From the human T2T-CHM13v2.0 reference genome, Homo sapiens: 64,000 nt of DNA. The translations under genes and the position numbers were made by a program. A model generated the notes under the pieces. It saw nothing but the letters and a program-made list of their open reading frames with translations. It was not told the origin of the DNA and ran no database searches. The stretch lies in assembly GCF_009914755.1 (NCBI RefSeq), contig NC_060927.1. One strand, given 5' to 3'. This document shows, piece by piece, positions 17,016 to 32,727 of the stretch (position 1 is the stretch's first letter; each line of letters opens with the position of its first letter).

Positions 17016-17685
17016 TTGATGTGTAGGACCTTTTCACGTTAGAAAAATTAGCCCTTTATCTAGGATAATTAGAAATATCTTCTCATTTGCTTCATTTTGC
17101 TTATGAAGGTTTTCCTGCATAGAAATTATTTTTTATGTAAATAGATTTTATCAATTTCTTCTTTATGGCTTCTGAGTTTTTGTATATACCCAGAAAGGTC
17201 TTCCCCATGTTGCAGTTGTATAATAATTCTTGCAGGGCTTTCCACTAGTACTTTATAATATTAGTGTTTGCTTTTATTCATTTGGATTTTTTTGTCTGGT
17301 AGGATATGTGAGGTATAAAGCCAATTTTCTTTCTGGATGTCTATTCAGTTTTCCATTAATATTTATTGAATAATTCATATTTCCCATTATTTGAGATGCT
17401 ACCTTTAATACATGGTATATTCCTATGCTGGGTCTAATCTGGATTTTTTAAAAAATTGGCTCTAGTGAACTATTTATTAATGAGCCAGTTCTATGCTATT
17501 TTAATTACTGAGAATGTATATTTTAAAACAAAGCTAGTCCCCCTTTTCAGAATGTTCATGAATTTTTTTTCTTTTAAAAGATCAGCTTAGGATAACTGAC
17601 ATCTTATGTCTTTTTGTTTGAGAAAATCATATAACTTTTGATTCAAATCTCCATTTGTGTTCAACAGCAGCATTTAAAAAATTAA

Positions 17686-18334
<649 letters not shown>

Positions 18335-18345
18335 TCATCTCTAAA

Positions 18346-18349
<4 letters not shown>

Positions 18350-18398
<49 letters not shown>
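18350..18398. repeat. (TA)n microsatellite
   Basis: About 22 TA units. Confidence 0.95.
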
Positions 18399-18399
<1 letters not shown>

Positions 18400-18401
<2 letters not shown>

Positions 18402-19230
18402 AACATTACCCTTCTTATCATACAGTTCTATGAATTTTGAAAAATGAATACGTAACTACCACCACAATCAAAATATAGGATTTGTTCATCACCCTCAAAA
18501 TTCCCCTTGGGCCTCTTTATAGGCAATCTCTCCCCTTCCTAGTACATGGTAACCACTGACGGAATGTTCTATCCTTATAGTTTTCCCTGTTCCAGATTGT
18601 CATATAAATGGAATCATACAGTATGAAGTCTTTGAATTTGGGTTCTTTCCTTAGCATAATGCATTTGAAATTTATCTATGTTATGTGTATCAGTTTTTTA
18701 CTGATAAGTAATAATCCATTACATGAATGTACCAGTTTATCCATTCACCAACTAAAGGAATTTTGAGTTAGTTGTTTCCAGTTTGAGATTATGAATAATG
18801 CAGCTATAAACATTCACATCCAGATTTCATGCAGACAAAGTTTTTACTCCACCTGAGTAAATACCTAGGAGTGGAATTGCTGGCTGTAGGGCAAATTGCA
18901 TGCTTAACTAAGAAACTGCCAAACTGTTTTCCAAAGAGAATGGACCATTTTGCACACTCATCAGGAATGTATGAGAGTTCCAATTGCTTTGTATCTTTGT
19001 CAGCACTTGGTGTTGGCAGTTTTTAAAATTTTAGCCATCTAATATAGGTGTGTAATAGTATCTTGTAGTTTTTATTTGCATTTCTCTCATGATTAATGAT
19101 GTTAAACATCTTTTCATATGTTTATTTACCATCATATCTTTTGTGAAGTGTCTATGCAAATTTTTGCTCAATTAGGTTGTTTTCTTAACTGAGTTTTAAG
19201 AGTTTGTATATTGAGATTAAATTGATTTCC
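18400..19230 (-). mobile_element. L1M 3' fragment
   Basis: GTAAATACCTAGGAGTGGAATTGCTGG...AGAAACTGCCAAACTGTTTTCCAAAG. Confidence 0.8.
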
Positions 19231-19422
19231 TGCAGTATTAAAGTTTTCTTCATCTTAATCTGGTACTTTTTTTTCCTTACTATGTTGCCCATGCTGGTCT
19301 CAAACTCCTGGCCTCAAGCGATCCTCCTGCCTTGGCTTCCCTGGGATTACAGGCATCAGCTTCCTCGCACAACAATTTCTTATAACGTTTATTCCTTGGA
19401 TGAAATTCCTACTGTAATTACA

Positions 19423-19717
19423 TTTTCTTTTCTTTTTTTGAGATGGAGTCTCACTCTCTCGCCCAGCCTGGAGTGCAGTGGCGCGATCTCGGCTCACTGC
19501 AACCTCCGCCTCCTGGGTTCAAGCAATTCTCTGCCTCAGCCTCCTGAGTAGCTGGAATTACAGGTGCCTGCTACCACACCCGGCTAATTTTTGTATTTTT
19601 AGTAGAGACAGGGTTTCACCATCTTGGCCAGGCTGGTCTTGAACTCCTGACCTCATGATCCACCCGCCTTGGCCTCCCAAAGTGCTGAGATTACAGGCGT
19701 GAGCCACTGGGCCCAGC
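19423..19717 (-). mobile_element. AluS
   Basis: Reverse Alu dimer. Confidence 0.92.
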
Positions 19718-21212
19718 CATAAATACATTTTCAATTCTTCTATACAACACATACATGCATACATTGCTGTGGAAGTGGCTTGTTGTGGAAGCATCTGCCA
19801 CTGAGAGAGCGTGGCCTAAAAGCACAGGAGCCAGTCCCTGAGGACAACTGGGCTACAACGGTGAACAGTAAAAATGGACAATGGGAACTTTAAAGAGTTT
19901 TCCTGCCACAACATAGTCTGTAGTGTCACCCTAGTGCTCTCTTTTGACAAAGCTTAACACTGTGCCAGCTAGTAAAGGAAAAATACTTACACAGTTCAGC
20001 TCCAGTGTCAAAAAGTAGGGCAAAGAAGAGTGGATTTGGAGATGGTGGGGCAATAAACTGAAAATAGACACACTTCTCTATTTTGTGTCATCCCTCTTTT
20101 CTAATTCAACTATTTCAACCCCTATTCAGGACCCCCATCTCACACCCAATTGCTCTAAAAGCTTCCTAATCCATCTTCCTGCCTCTATTCTTATAATATC
20201 TTCCCAAATCCATCTTCAACAAAGATGACAGTGATTTAAGAGTCCAATTTTGAAAATAATATTCTCATACTTAAAATTCCTAAGTCCCTCCTCCTAAACA
20301 AAGCATGTTACATGTTGCTTGGTCTGCCACGTTCCCACCACTACCTGCTGTGAACTTTTAGACTAAAAATTATTCCATTTTTCCCTTCCCTGACATTGCT
20401 CACAGAGGAATGCTCTTGTCTCCACTTCATTTTGTTAAGTCCTGAGTCACTCAGGAGGTCCTACCTCCCCCAACTCTGGGCTAAGTATCCATTCTCTTTC
20501 TCCTCACAAATCCATTTATTTAATCATCTAAAGAATATTTGTGCTCTATGTTCCAAGCAATGTGATATATAGTTCCTGTTATAATCTAGTAATGTATGAA
20601 TTTTAATTGTGAACTTCAATGTGCTCTAAAGAAAAGGAATGAATTCTGAAATTGTATTAAATGAGGAAGAGCTGAAAAGCCAGTGCAGTTGAAACACAGA
20701 GCAGAGTGGTATGTGCGAGAAGTAGTTAGAGAAGTAGGCAGGGGCCAGAAAATGAAAGACCATATCCATGTTAATGATTTTTACTTAAATCAAGGATATG
20801 TGAGCACAAGTTACTTGTATTAAGGAACTGTTCATTTTTAACAGGGTTGATAATAGTACTGTAGTTACGCTTAAAAAGTTTTTTTAGAGATACATGTTTG
20901 GGATTTGCTTCAAAATAATCCTAGGGAGACATGAAAGGTGAGTGGGCTGGTGACGAAACAAGCTGGACCATGTGTTGATGATTGTGAAAACTGGGTGATG
21001 CATACAGGTGGATTATTTTATTCTAATTTTGCATATGCTTGCAATTTCCAATAATTTAATCAGGAGAAAAATAGATGGGTTTTATTCTAAGAAAGGTGAA
21101 AAGATATGAACAGTAAGAATGATCTGAACACTCAGATTTGATTTCAGAAAGATCACGCTGTCTTCATTGCAGACATCAGAGGAAGACGGTCAGAGTGGCT
21201 GTGAGAGACCAT

Positions 21213-21217
<5 letters not shown>

Positions 21218-21246
<29 letters not shown>

Positions 21247-21524
21247 CGGAGTTTCGCTCTTGTTGCCCAGGTTGGAGTGCAACGGCGTGATCTCAGCTCA
21301 CTGCAACCTCCGCCTCCCAGGTTCAAGCCAATTCTTCTGCCTCAGCCTCCCGAGTAGCTGGGATTACAGGCATGCGCCACCATGCCCAGCTAATTTAGTA
21401 ATTTTAATAGAGACAGGGTTTCTCCATGTTGGTCAGGCCGGTCTCGAACTCCTGACCTCATGTGATCCGCCTGCCTCGGCCTCCCACAGTGCTGGGATTA
21501 CAGGCGTGAGCCACTGCGCCCGGC
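21218..21524 (-). mobile_element. AluSp whose tail has become a (CA)n microsatellite
   Basis: (TG)~14 at 21218-21246 directly abuts the Alu 3' end; TSD TGTGAGAGACC. Confidence 0.9.
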
Positions 21525-23614
21525 CTGTGAGAGACCTTCTTAACAGACTTACAATGGTTCAAGAAAAGAGATGATGGTCAGACTAAGGAGGTGGAAATGG
21601 AAATAAGTGAAGGAATGCAAGAACCATTTTGGAGAACTTTAGGGTGAGGGCAGGTGACATCCACTCAGATAGGGAACAATGCAAGAGGATCATGTTTGGG
21701 GGTGGAAGAGAAAGACATGAGCTTAATCTTGAACAAGAGTTGTGGTTGCCTTTCAGATAAGTGAACATTTCAAGGAGGCAATATGGAGATTTCAGAGAAA
21801 GCCAGTACTCAATTAGGGATCAGTAGTATGTCACAGATGATCACTGAAGTGTGGTCATCATAGAATAAAAGAATAAAAGAAGTTTGAGAAGAGAAACTTG
21901 GTTGAGGCTTGAAAAACTCTTAACATTTAATGACCAGGGAAAAAGATGTGCTAGAAAGGAGACAAAATTGCTGGCCAGGGGTCTGAGGGCATAGGAAGGT
22001 GGCAGTGGTTAGAGGAAAAACAATGTGGTGTTGTGAAAATCTAGAAGGGAGTCATGAAGTGCCTAGTGTTTGAGTCAAGATGAAGACAAAAACTGCTCAC
22101 TTAATTAAGTAACATGTAGGCTGGTGATTTTTCAAGGGCTTTATGGAGTGATGGGGGCAAATCAAAGACCGGGATGGGTTGAGAAGTGAATGGAATTTGA
22201 GCAACTGGAGAGAACAAGCAAATTTACATGAACTTTGGCTGTGATAGTAAGGGGAGGATGTAGTAGCTGGGTGCTGAGCTTTAAGATAACAAAAGTTTCA
22301 GCATATTTGAATGTTAGTGGGTACAATCACATTGAAGGGGCATAGTTGAATATAAAGGAGAGAAAAATCTAATTCACAGTGAGAGATTCCTAAGTAGCAG
22401 GAGATAGGATTCAAGACACTAAGACTGCCTTGGTTATCAGGAAAGCTCCTCTAATGGAACAGTAAGGAGTGGGGTGATATCTAAATGGGTTTCTAAGCTG
22501 GAAGTGAACTAACAGAGTTCCTTTCATAAAGTTTCTCTTTGCCACTGCCCCCCACTGAAATAGGAAAGGGCATCTACTAAGAGGGGGAAGCAAGGAGTTA
22601 TAGGCTTGAAAAAATTGACTTCTAAATAGTTGAAGAAAGTTTGAATTTGGAGGTAATGAATTTACAGATACCAAGTCTAAATTTTGTGTGTATGCCATCA
22701 AATGCTCTGATGCAGTACCAAAGCAGTGGAGTTTGCTTAATGCATCATGTACATCTATCATTGCTTTTATCATGCTTTCATTTACCATTTATTTATCACT
22801 TCTTTTTATTTGCCTATTTATGACTGTGTCTCTCCCAGCAAACTAAATTGAGAGCGCTTGCTACATTTAATTGGTTTGCTATCCCTAGCTCCTGGTTTAC
22901 TGCCTAACCCAATGTAGGTTCTCAGATATTTGACAAAGGTAGAAATGAATAAAGCTTCTGCCTTTACTTGCAACAAACTTTAAAGGGAATTTCCCCTAGA
23001 TGCTATAAATGAGTGTTTATTATCTACCTATAATTATTTTGCATGCTTTACATGAATTAACTCACTTAAGCCATATGAGTAGGTACTATTACTATTTTCC
23101 ATTTTTTCAGATGAAGAAACTGAAGCACATAGGGATAAAATAACTTCACATACATAAATAAACCAAAGCATTCTAATAATTTCATACTATAGCTGACTGA
23201 CCAAAACAGCAATCACTTAACTTTGTGGTTTGGATATTTCCTTGTAAAATATCTTATTATAAGTTATTTCAATAAATCATCCATACAGTATTTCCAAAAT
23301 ATAAACTGTATCAATAGTGTTAGACAATATTAGGTTACCTCTGCTTCATAATATATATAACTGGTATCTGAAAACCACACAAGGATCCATTTCAATACCC
23401 TTATGGATGTCAGATATCCAGACCAGACACTGGGCAAAATATCAAAAGTGAGGAAAAGGAAATAAGGAAATGGGCATTCATCTGGCAAGCTATGAAGTAT
23501 CTTCCCTTTCTATCGAAGGCTTTCTAAAACTCAGATGCAATGAGACAAATTTAAAAACTGTAGATTGAAGGCTTTTAGAGGTAGTCACTACAATCAGTTC
23601 ATCTGAGAAATTGC

Positions 23615-23960
23615 ATCATTATCACAAGCATTTATTGAGTACCCATAGAACTCATGGTACCTTCACGGTGTTTACAGAACTTTGCTTATATGCCGACCTT
23701 GCCCTTAAGGAGCTTACAATCTAGTGGAAAGAAAGACGGAGAAACTCAGATGTGATAGAGCAATGAGTGAACAGATACTATAGACTGAAAAATAACCATA
23801 AATGTAAAACACATACTGAAAAATGAGGGTTAATGGGGATGGCAAGGATGATAGGTAGGCCTGGATATACTCCTGACTTCTTGAAGGAGTAAATATCTAG
23901 AATATTCAAGGACGTAAAGTGCGGTTGAGAAAGCCAGGATGCAAACAAACATTTCCTATC
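23615..23960 (-). mobile_element. L2 3' end (sense in KPNA4 mRNA)
   Basis: CAAGCATTTATTGAGTACC...TGCCCTTAAGGAGCTTACAATCTAGTGG, typical of the reverse L2 3' terminus; far boundary uncertain. Confidence 0.7.
23631..23636 (-). terminator. Distal poly(A) signal AATAAA inside an L2 3' end
   Basis: Plus-strand tttatt in 'caagcatttattgagtaccc', an L2 3'-terminus-like context. Confidence 0.65.
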
Positions 23961-24616
23961 TGCTGTGTATTTTCTTGCTCCCTGCAGCTGAGAATTGCAA
24001 AAAGAAAACAGGGATAGAGATAATGGGTAAAAACTTTTTAGTATTCTTTTAGTACTTCTGTTTCTGAATTAGACCGAACAGTCACCATGTAGGTAACTTA
24101 GCTATCCTAGATCATCCTAAACTGGTTAAAAGGAAGATTTTAAAAACTAGCTTGTCTATATGAGTTCTATAAACATATGTAATTTTACCTTAACTAAAAG
24201 GTTAGGATGACTAGGACTGCCACTATGCTAAAGACCACTCAACTGAATATAATACTGACATGGCAGAAGTGCGAGTTTTATCAGTGATACACATTGTGTA
24301 CTGCATTGGGGGCTTACTAGATGTGTGGCGGAATATACCCATTTATGAAGGCAGCACATCGGCAAGTAAAAATGTAAGTGAAGGTAGGAAATACCTAGAA
24401 TACATGATGTTTTATGCAGCTGAACAGGACAACCCTGAAAAGACAAGAATTATGGTAATACCAAAGTGACTAAGGTTGTCTTGATTCCCCGCCCCCACCA
24501 CAATTATGAATCAAAAGATGGAGTCTTTTTTTTTTTTTTTTTAAGGTAAATACCCTCTTTAGCTGAGTCCAAGACTTTGGATATTAGATTACTGTACCTA
24601 AAAAGAGTAAAATGGT

Positions 24617-24898
<282 letters not shown>

Positions 24899-25741
24899 CT
24901 ATGCACAAAGGATGGGGGAAAGGTGGCTCACAGGGCTTAAACATCAGAGGAATGGAGAGGACAGGACAGTGAGGGAATTATCTGGAAGGTAGGTAACTGG
25001 ATTGAGAACCACAAAAAGCATGTAGATTTAAGCAGATTACGAGTCATTTTAAACAGCTGTTTCAAAGTAAGAGTAAAAACAGGCTGGAGAAAATCTTGGG
25101 TAATATTAGAGTAACATAGTCTAGGATAGGAATCCATCAGTTATGGAGATCAGAGGTAAGATATAGTCAGGGAAATTAGGATTCATGCTTGAAGAGTAAT
25201 AGAAAAACCTAAGTGAAACAGGTTATTGGAATTTTCTTTATGAAGAATAAAAGTGGAAGAACTGATAGTCTGGAAAGGTGAAGTAATCTGGAGTAGGCAG
25301 CTACAAAAGGTATAAAATTTGTGGAGAAGGCAAAAATTGGGGCAGAAAATATAAATAACAAGGGAGTACTGCAGTCCTCTGGTGGGAGGTAGATCATAAA
25401 GAATCTGTAGAACCATTTACTTTTCCTCACAGTCAACTGCTCTTACACCCAGAGCAGTAGCTGTCAAGTCAATTTTATTGAAAATACACTGGACTTGGAC
25501 ATCCTGAGTCAAACTGCCATCACCTAAAGGGCCTGGATTTAAAAGGAATTTTCAAGATTATTGTTAACTTCTGGGTTAAGTGTTTAGGGAAAAAAATGTT
25601 AAATCTACTTTTCTTATACATGATTGGTGTGCTTAGTTTTTTATCAATTTGACACTACAGTCCAAATTTGCTTCTGATCACACTAGAATAGTTTTACCAA
25701 TGTTCATTATTTTTCAACTTCCTTTATTAAGAATTAAGGCT

Positions 25742-26035
25742 GGTTGGGCGCAGTGGCTCACGCCTGTAATCCCAGCACTTTGGGAAGCCGAGGTGGGCAG
25801 ATCATTTGCGGTCAGGATTCCAATACCAGCCTGGCCAATACGGTGAAACCCCATTTCTACTAAAAATACAAAAATTAGCCAGGCGTGGTAGCGTACTCCT
25901 GTAATCCCAGCTACTCAGGAGGCTGAGGCAGAATTGCTTGAACCCTTGAGGCAGAGGTTGCAGTGAGCCGAGATTGCGCCACTACACTCCAGCCTGGGCC
26001 ACAGAGCGAGACTGTGTCTCAAAAAAATAAAAATA
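25742..26035 (+). mobile_element. AluS in the extended 3' UTR
   Basis: Alu dimer. Confidence 0.92.
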
Positions 26036-26969
26036 GAAGACTGCACTAATGCCACCAACGTGCATATTGATTTGAAGGCATCTTGCAGCAACTTTTAAAA
26101 ATTATTGTACATATATATTTAAAAGCATACTTTATTAATGTGCTTATTAAAAAGTTTAGGGAAAACTTTAAGTGTTCAAAATGTCAAGTTTGTTAGGCAT
26201 CAGTTTGTTAGTGTTTGGGAGTATTGCCTCAGATATCTGGGCAAAATTTTTTCCTCCCATAATATTAAATTATTGGCTGACAGTTAATGAATTTTGCCAA
26301 TAAGTAAAATAATCAAGAAGTTACAAAAAGGATAAGATACTCAGCTATCTTGGCCTTCAAAACGCCAATGGTGGATTCTAACTGAAATTTTATATATAAA
26401 TGGTAGATAATCCACCAAACCCGAGGAGTTAACAATTAAAGTTGGCCTATTTATAGTTCACTTTAATAGCTACAATGGAAGATTCAATTTTGGAAACTCA
26501 AAAAGGTCAACTAATTTCAAAACTCTTAGGCAAGCTTCTATAACAATGTTACCCATTCCTTAGTAAACAAAAAAAATATCCAAAAAGCTACATTCACATT
26601 TTTTTGCATTGGTTCACAAATTTAAATGAATTTAGATTACCTTTAGAATAGTAATTAGAAGCCCTGGGCAGTATGGGAGTTGAGATGTGGGCTTTATTTG
26701 GCCCTTAGTAGCTGTGTGACCTTGGGCAAGTCACCTCAACAACTCATCATCTAAAGGGAAGGGTTGGGACAGACTGTAATTCATGGACTCTTATGAATCC
26801 CCTAAAACTGTATGAAAAACTACCATGTATATACACTTTTTGGGGAAGCTGGTCCAGTTTTCATTAGGTTCTCAGAGGCAACCTTGATCCCCAAATAAGC
26901 TTGCTATGATAACTATATAAGGCTATCACTTGTAAATTGTTCCAGTTCTAAATAGTTGAGTCCTTGTCA

Positions 26970-27505
26970 TAGGAAGAACTCTTAAGATGGCTCCCAAGAT
27001 TCCCTGGTATACATACTCCATATAACCCCCTCCCTTGACTGTGAACAGGATCTTTGAATATGATGCGTATCACCCCTGTGATTGGACTACAATGCAGGGC
27101 AAAGGTGAAGGGATTTTGCAGGGGTAATGAAGGTACCTCATCAGTTTGGCTTTGGGTTAATCAAAAGGGAGATCACCCTGGTGGGTAGGTGGCCTGATCT
27201 AATCAGGTGAGACCTTTAAAAAAGCGCTTAAGGCCTTCCCTGAGATCAGAGATTCTCTTGCTGGCCTTGAAGAAGTTCCCATGATTTCTTCAGTTGCTAG
27301 GCAATGGATTTTGCCATATGTGCATAAAAGAGGACCCCCTAGCTTCAGATAAGACTGCAGCTCTGGCTGACACCTTTATTGCAGCCTTGTGAGACCCTGA
27401 GCAGAAAACCTAACTACACTCTTGACCTACAGAAATTGTGAAATAATGTATGTTGTGTTTTAAGACACTAAATTTATGGTAATTATACCAAAATTACACA
27501 GCAGT
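26970..27505 (+). mobile_element. MLT1 (D/E-like) LTR in the extended 3' UTR
   Basis: GGCAAAGGTGAAGGGATTTTGCAG...GCAGCCTTGTGAGACCCTGAGCAGA...TTTTAAGACACTAAATTT. Confidence 0.75.
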
Positions 27506-28734
27506 TATTCTCTAAATTCAAAATTTAGCTTAATCTCTGTAACTTTTTCCTTGAGGAAACTGAGGCAATGGAGAATCCAAAAAGGGTGCCCCCATAAATT
27601 ACTGTTACAATAAACCCAGTCATTTTACAATGCAGTTATACCTTTAAAGAAACAAACAACTCCTCACCCTATGAAGTGCTGCTGAGGTAAGCCTAAACTA
27701 AATGATACACTCCCTCTCCCCAAAATTATTCTAGATCCATTTTTAATGATTCATAGATAGCTCTAATTATAGAAATGCTCCAGGTTTGGTCCAGAGCAAT
27801 GTGGACCAATGGAAAGTATTATTTCCACCATAACACACAATTACTGAAGTCTTTGAAAATTACAAAGGAAATATATTTAAAGATAGATTTTAGACTAGGG
27901 CGTCTCACACACCCCTAATATAACATTCTTATTTTTACAGCACTTGAGGTGGTCTCAATGTTCAAAAAGACAGTTTAAGACATGAAACGTTAAGAACGTT
28001 TAGCTTATTAGGCATATTATTCTATGCCCCCATCCCCATCAGAAATAAGCCTGTGTTAAAAATGAAACAATTTCCTAGATCACTGGAGAATTAAAAAAAA
28101 AAAAAAAGTGTTTAACCAGGTAACCGTGATGAACTGTCAACTGTACTGAATCAATTTCAGAGACAGAAAAGCCCTTCCCAGAATTTCTACTAGAAAATCA
28201 ATGTTCTATATTAGGCTATAGATGGAAATAAAATATTTAAACGATAAGGTAGTCCTTATACCCAGAGATATTAATATCACCCTTACCTATTTTCCATATC
28301 ACTGTTCTATACAATAATTTGTATATAAAATTTGTATACAAGCTCATTGGCTTACTTTGAATCCAATATTTTTTACTAAAAAACACAAATTATGTAAAGC
28401 ATTGCTGTGTTCACCTTCCAATTACTGAAACCTTCTGTACTATGCTTTGTATACAATCCATCATTTGGAGCTATATGTTGAAGATATAGCAATACTCAAA
28501 ATATAGTTCAAGTTGTCTCGGTCTGTTTTACTGGAGAATGAAGGAAAGTTAAAACCTTGCTTTGGATAGAGAGAAAACTGAAGCACTGATGGTGTCAACT
28601 GGACAAACTCAGTGGGCTAAAATATTAATATGTCCATACTGAAATGACAGAACCAAAGAAATTTCTTATTATGCTGGTTCTAGGTAAAAAGACAGGAAGC
28701 TAATGTAAGCCATTGAATTATACTCTAACTTTAT

Positions 28735-28806
28735 AAAAAAAAAAAAATCCACACACCACACACACACACCCCATGTAAAACATTGCTTTAAGTTTTAATG
28801 TTTATT
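28735..28806 (-). terminator. Proximal cleavage/polyadenylation signal
   Basis: Transcript reads AATAAA-C-ATTAAA (28806-28794), then a GU-rich element (28749-28770) and a U-tract (28735-28746), the canonical layout. Confidence 0.8.
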
Positions 28807-30621
28807 TCCCCAAGACAGCCTAGCCTGCACTCTACTTGGATAAATTTTACAAGCTAGTTTTCTGCTGCTTCTAGTTTTAAACTTTAACCATGTTTCTGAT
28901 GACAAGGAATGCTGCAAAAATACTCTAGTTCAACAAAGAGTTATGATCACAAAATAATTTTTATCCATTCTACAGTGTTTCAGAATTACCAGTTGATTTT
29001 TAAACACAAAGTAGATATAGATGCTAATGGTGGCTAATCTGGTATGTTTCTTATAGCAAACTGTTGTTCATGCAACACTTGTGCTCAAAGGGGAAGGCAC
29101 AGGATTTCCTACAATGAGCCACCTTATAAAGAGTTCTTTTTGTACAAATTAATTTATGTCACATTTAATTTAGTGTGCATAACCTCAAAACTGAGGTATT
29201 ATTCCAATTTATAAAAACCACTTGCATAACTTTTATGCAAGTTTTAAAAATACAAAGTTTTCTCCCTAAAGTGGCTCAAAATAGATTGTTCATGGCTGCC
29301 TACATCTAAGATAAAAAGATTCTAAAACAATTGAACAGATTAGGCATATTATTAAAGGTGTTCAAACCATTACTTGATTTGTACATCTACTCAAACCTCT
29401 TCATCGGTCTTTATTCAGCAGTACATATGCACCAAATTCCATTTTAGAAGTTTCCATATCATTTTCATAGAAAACAAAGTTTGAAAACAAGTAACATTTA
29501 AACACAGCACGGTATTCTACCACAACTGAAACTTTTTTCTTCTTCTTCTTTACAGGACTCAACAAAATCTAAAAATGAACTATGCTGTAGATTTACCTCA
29601 TGCAAAGATCTTTATGTTATCTCTGAAAATGAAAAGGATGGCCTTTTAAGCACATTTTACTGTTTTATACTATTATGGCAACTTGTGTACTGCAACACAG
29701 TCTATTTTGAGGGAAATTTATGATTTTTTTCATGCAAAAATCTACACAAATTAGTTTTGATGATATGGAAAGCTTTTCATAGCATCAAACATTCATCTGG
29801 TGCAAATGCACAGGGAAACCTTCCTGAAAAGTTTTCTGACTTGAGAAGCAACTAAAAAAAGGCATACTAGGTAAAGTAAATAAAAACTAAAAAAAAAGAA
29901 AAGAAAAGCAAAAAAGAAAAAAAAAAGGATTGGGTGGGGGGAAGGAGGTGGGAAAGGGGGAAACAGAAAACACAGGCTGCAGAGTAAACCAATGTCTGCT
30001 GCTAAACCAGTCTTTGTTTTCATGTCCAGTGTACATTAACACTTATGATCTCATTTTGATGATTTACTAGGTTATCAGCCCCCTGAAGGTGAATCAAGCT
30101 TGCATGCGTTCACATACAGCACCACAACCACGCTCTCGTACACAGTCACTCCAGGACTAGGAGTCTGCTTCATGAGTGAAGAGCCCTAGATTTCAAAGAT
30201 GAACCTGGCTCTCCATCACTGAGCCAGACATTCATTCAACATTGTCCATTCACACACTGCTTCATAGCAAGGCCTGGGCTCATTTTCCTTTGACTTATAT
30301 GGGCAGCCTATTCTCTTTTATGCTTACAAGGCTTGAAGATGACGGTACTGCACTTTCCCCTCAATTGATATAGAGTAAGTCAATGTTCTTTCTCAGGCAC
30401 TGACGATCTGTGACCTGTAGCCCTTTTTACTTTGAACAACCTAAATAAGCATTCATGTAAAGTTTTCATTACATTTTGCCACTCATTCTCACTCGCACCC
30501 ACTCGCCATCTTGACCTCATTTGGGCATTTTCTGTGATTCCAAATGAAATCTTCACATTTTCTTTCCCGATTTAATGCAGCAGCAGATCCCATGAGCCAA
30601 GCTTGATGGATCAAACCTTTT

Positions 30622-30655
<34 letters not shown>

Positions 30656-30674
30656 CACATATATATATATATAT
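30622..30674. repeat. (TA)n(CA)n(TA)n compound microsatellite ~40 nt after the stop codon
   Basis: Read directly. Confidence 0.95.
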
Positions 30675-30712
30675 CTCAGTGCTGCATTGTACCTAACTTC
30701 CACAACATCTTT

Positions 30713-30811
30713 CTAAAACTGGAACCCTTCTGTTGGTACATTGGCAGATGAATTGAAACCAAATGTTCCGCCTTGAATTGCCTCTGGAACAAGGCTAGGG
30801 TCTTCATCAAT
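30713..30811 (-). CDS. KPNA4: Importin alpha-3, coding part of last exon (17) including TAG stop
   Basis: tag|ATT GAT...TTT TAG; IDEDPSLVPEAIQGGTFGFNSSANVPTEGFQF*. This C-terminus matches KPNA4 rather than paralogue KPNA3. Phases are consistent across all 12 exons. Confidence 0.96.
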   Translation of the reverse strand: MDEDPSLVPEAIQGGTFGFNSSANVPTEGFQF

Positions 30812-30972
30812 CTAGGTGAAAAAAAAGAAAAAGAATGTGATAATTAGTTTTAAAATATATATAAACAGTATTATAGTACTAATCCCATTACCCTTAAAAA
30901 AAGGTCTGGAGAGATGATGAATGCCAACACTGTCTTACCATCCTTTAGAAAATTGAAACAGTTTATAGAAGG

Positions 30973-32115
<1,143 letters not shown>

Positions 32116-32396
32116 TAATAGTTCTGCTAATAATGGTTATTATTATTATTATATACATTATTCTATATGCTTTGCATCTAAAGGCTCCTTTTGGAAATTC
32201 CACAATATTACAAACCTGTAGTGTACTTCCTATAACTATGTATATCATCTGAATTATTCTTTTCACAATCTAAGTCAAGAACGAAAACTACATGTTGAGG
32301 TATTAGAAATTATGAGGCTATTACAATTAGTCACCAAATTGCAAATTATGATTTTCAAAAATCCAACTTCAAGACATACGATCAAAGTTACTCTTA

Positions 32397-32727
<331 letters not shown>

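Noticed and set aside
23707-23727. The miR-708-like sequence as a miRNA gene copy
   Set aside because: I found no nearby reverse-complement arm to form a pre-miRNA; it fits a target site in a single L2.
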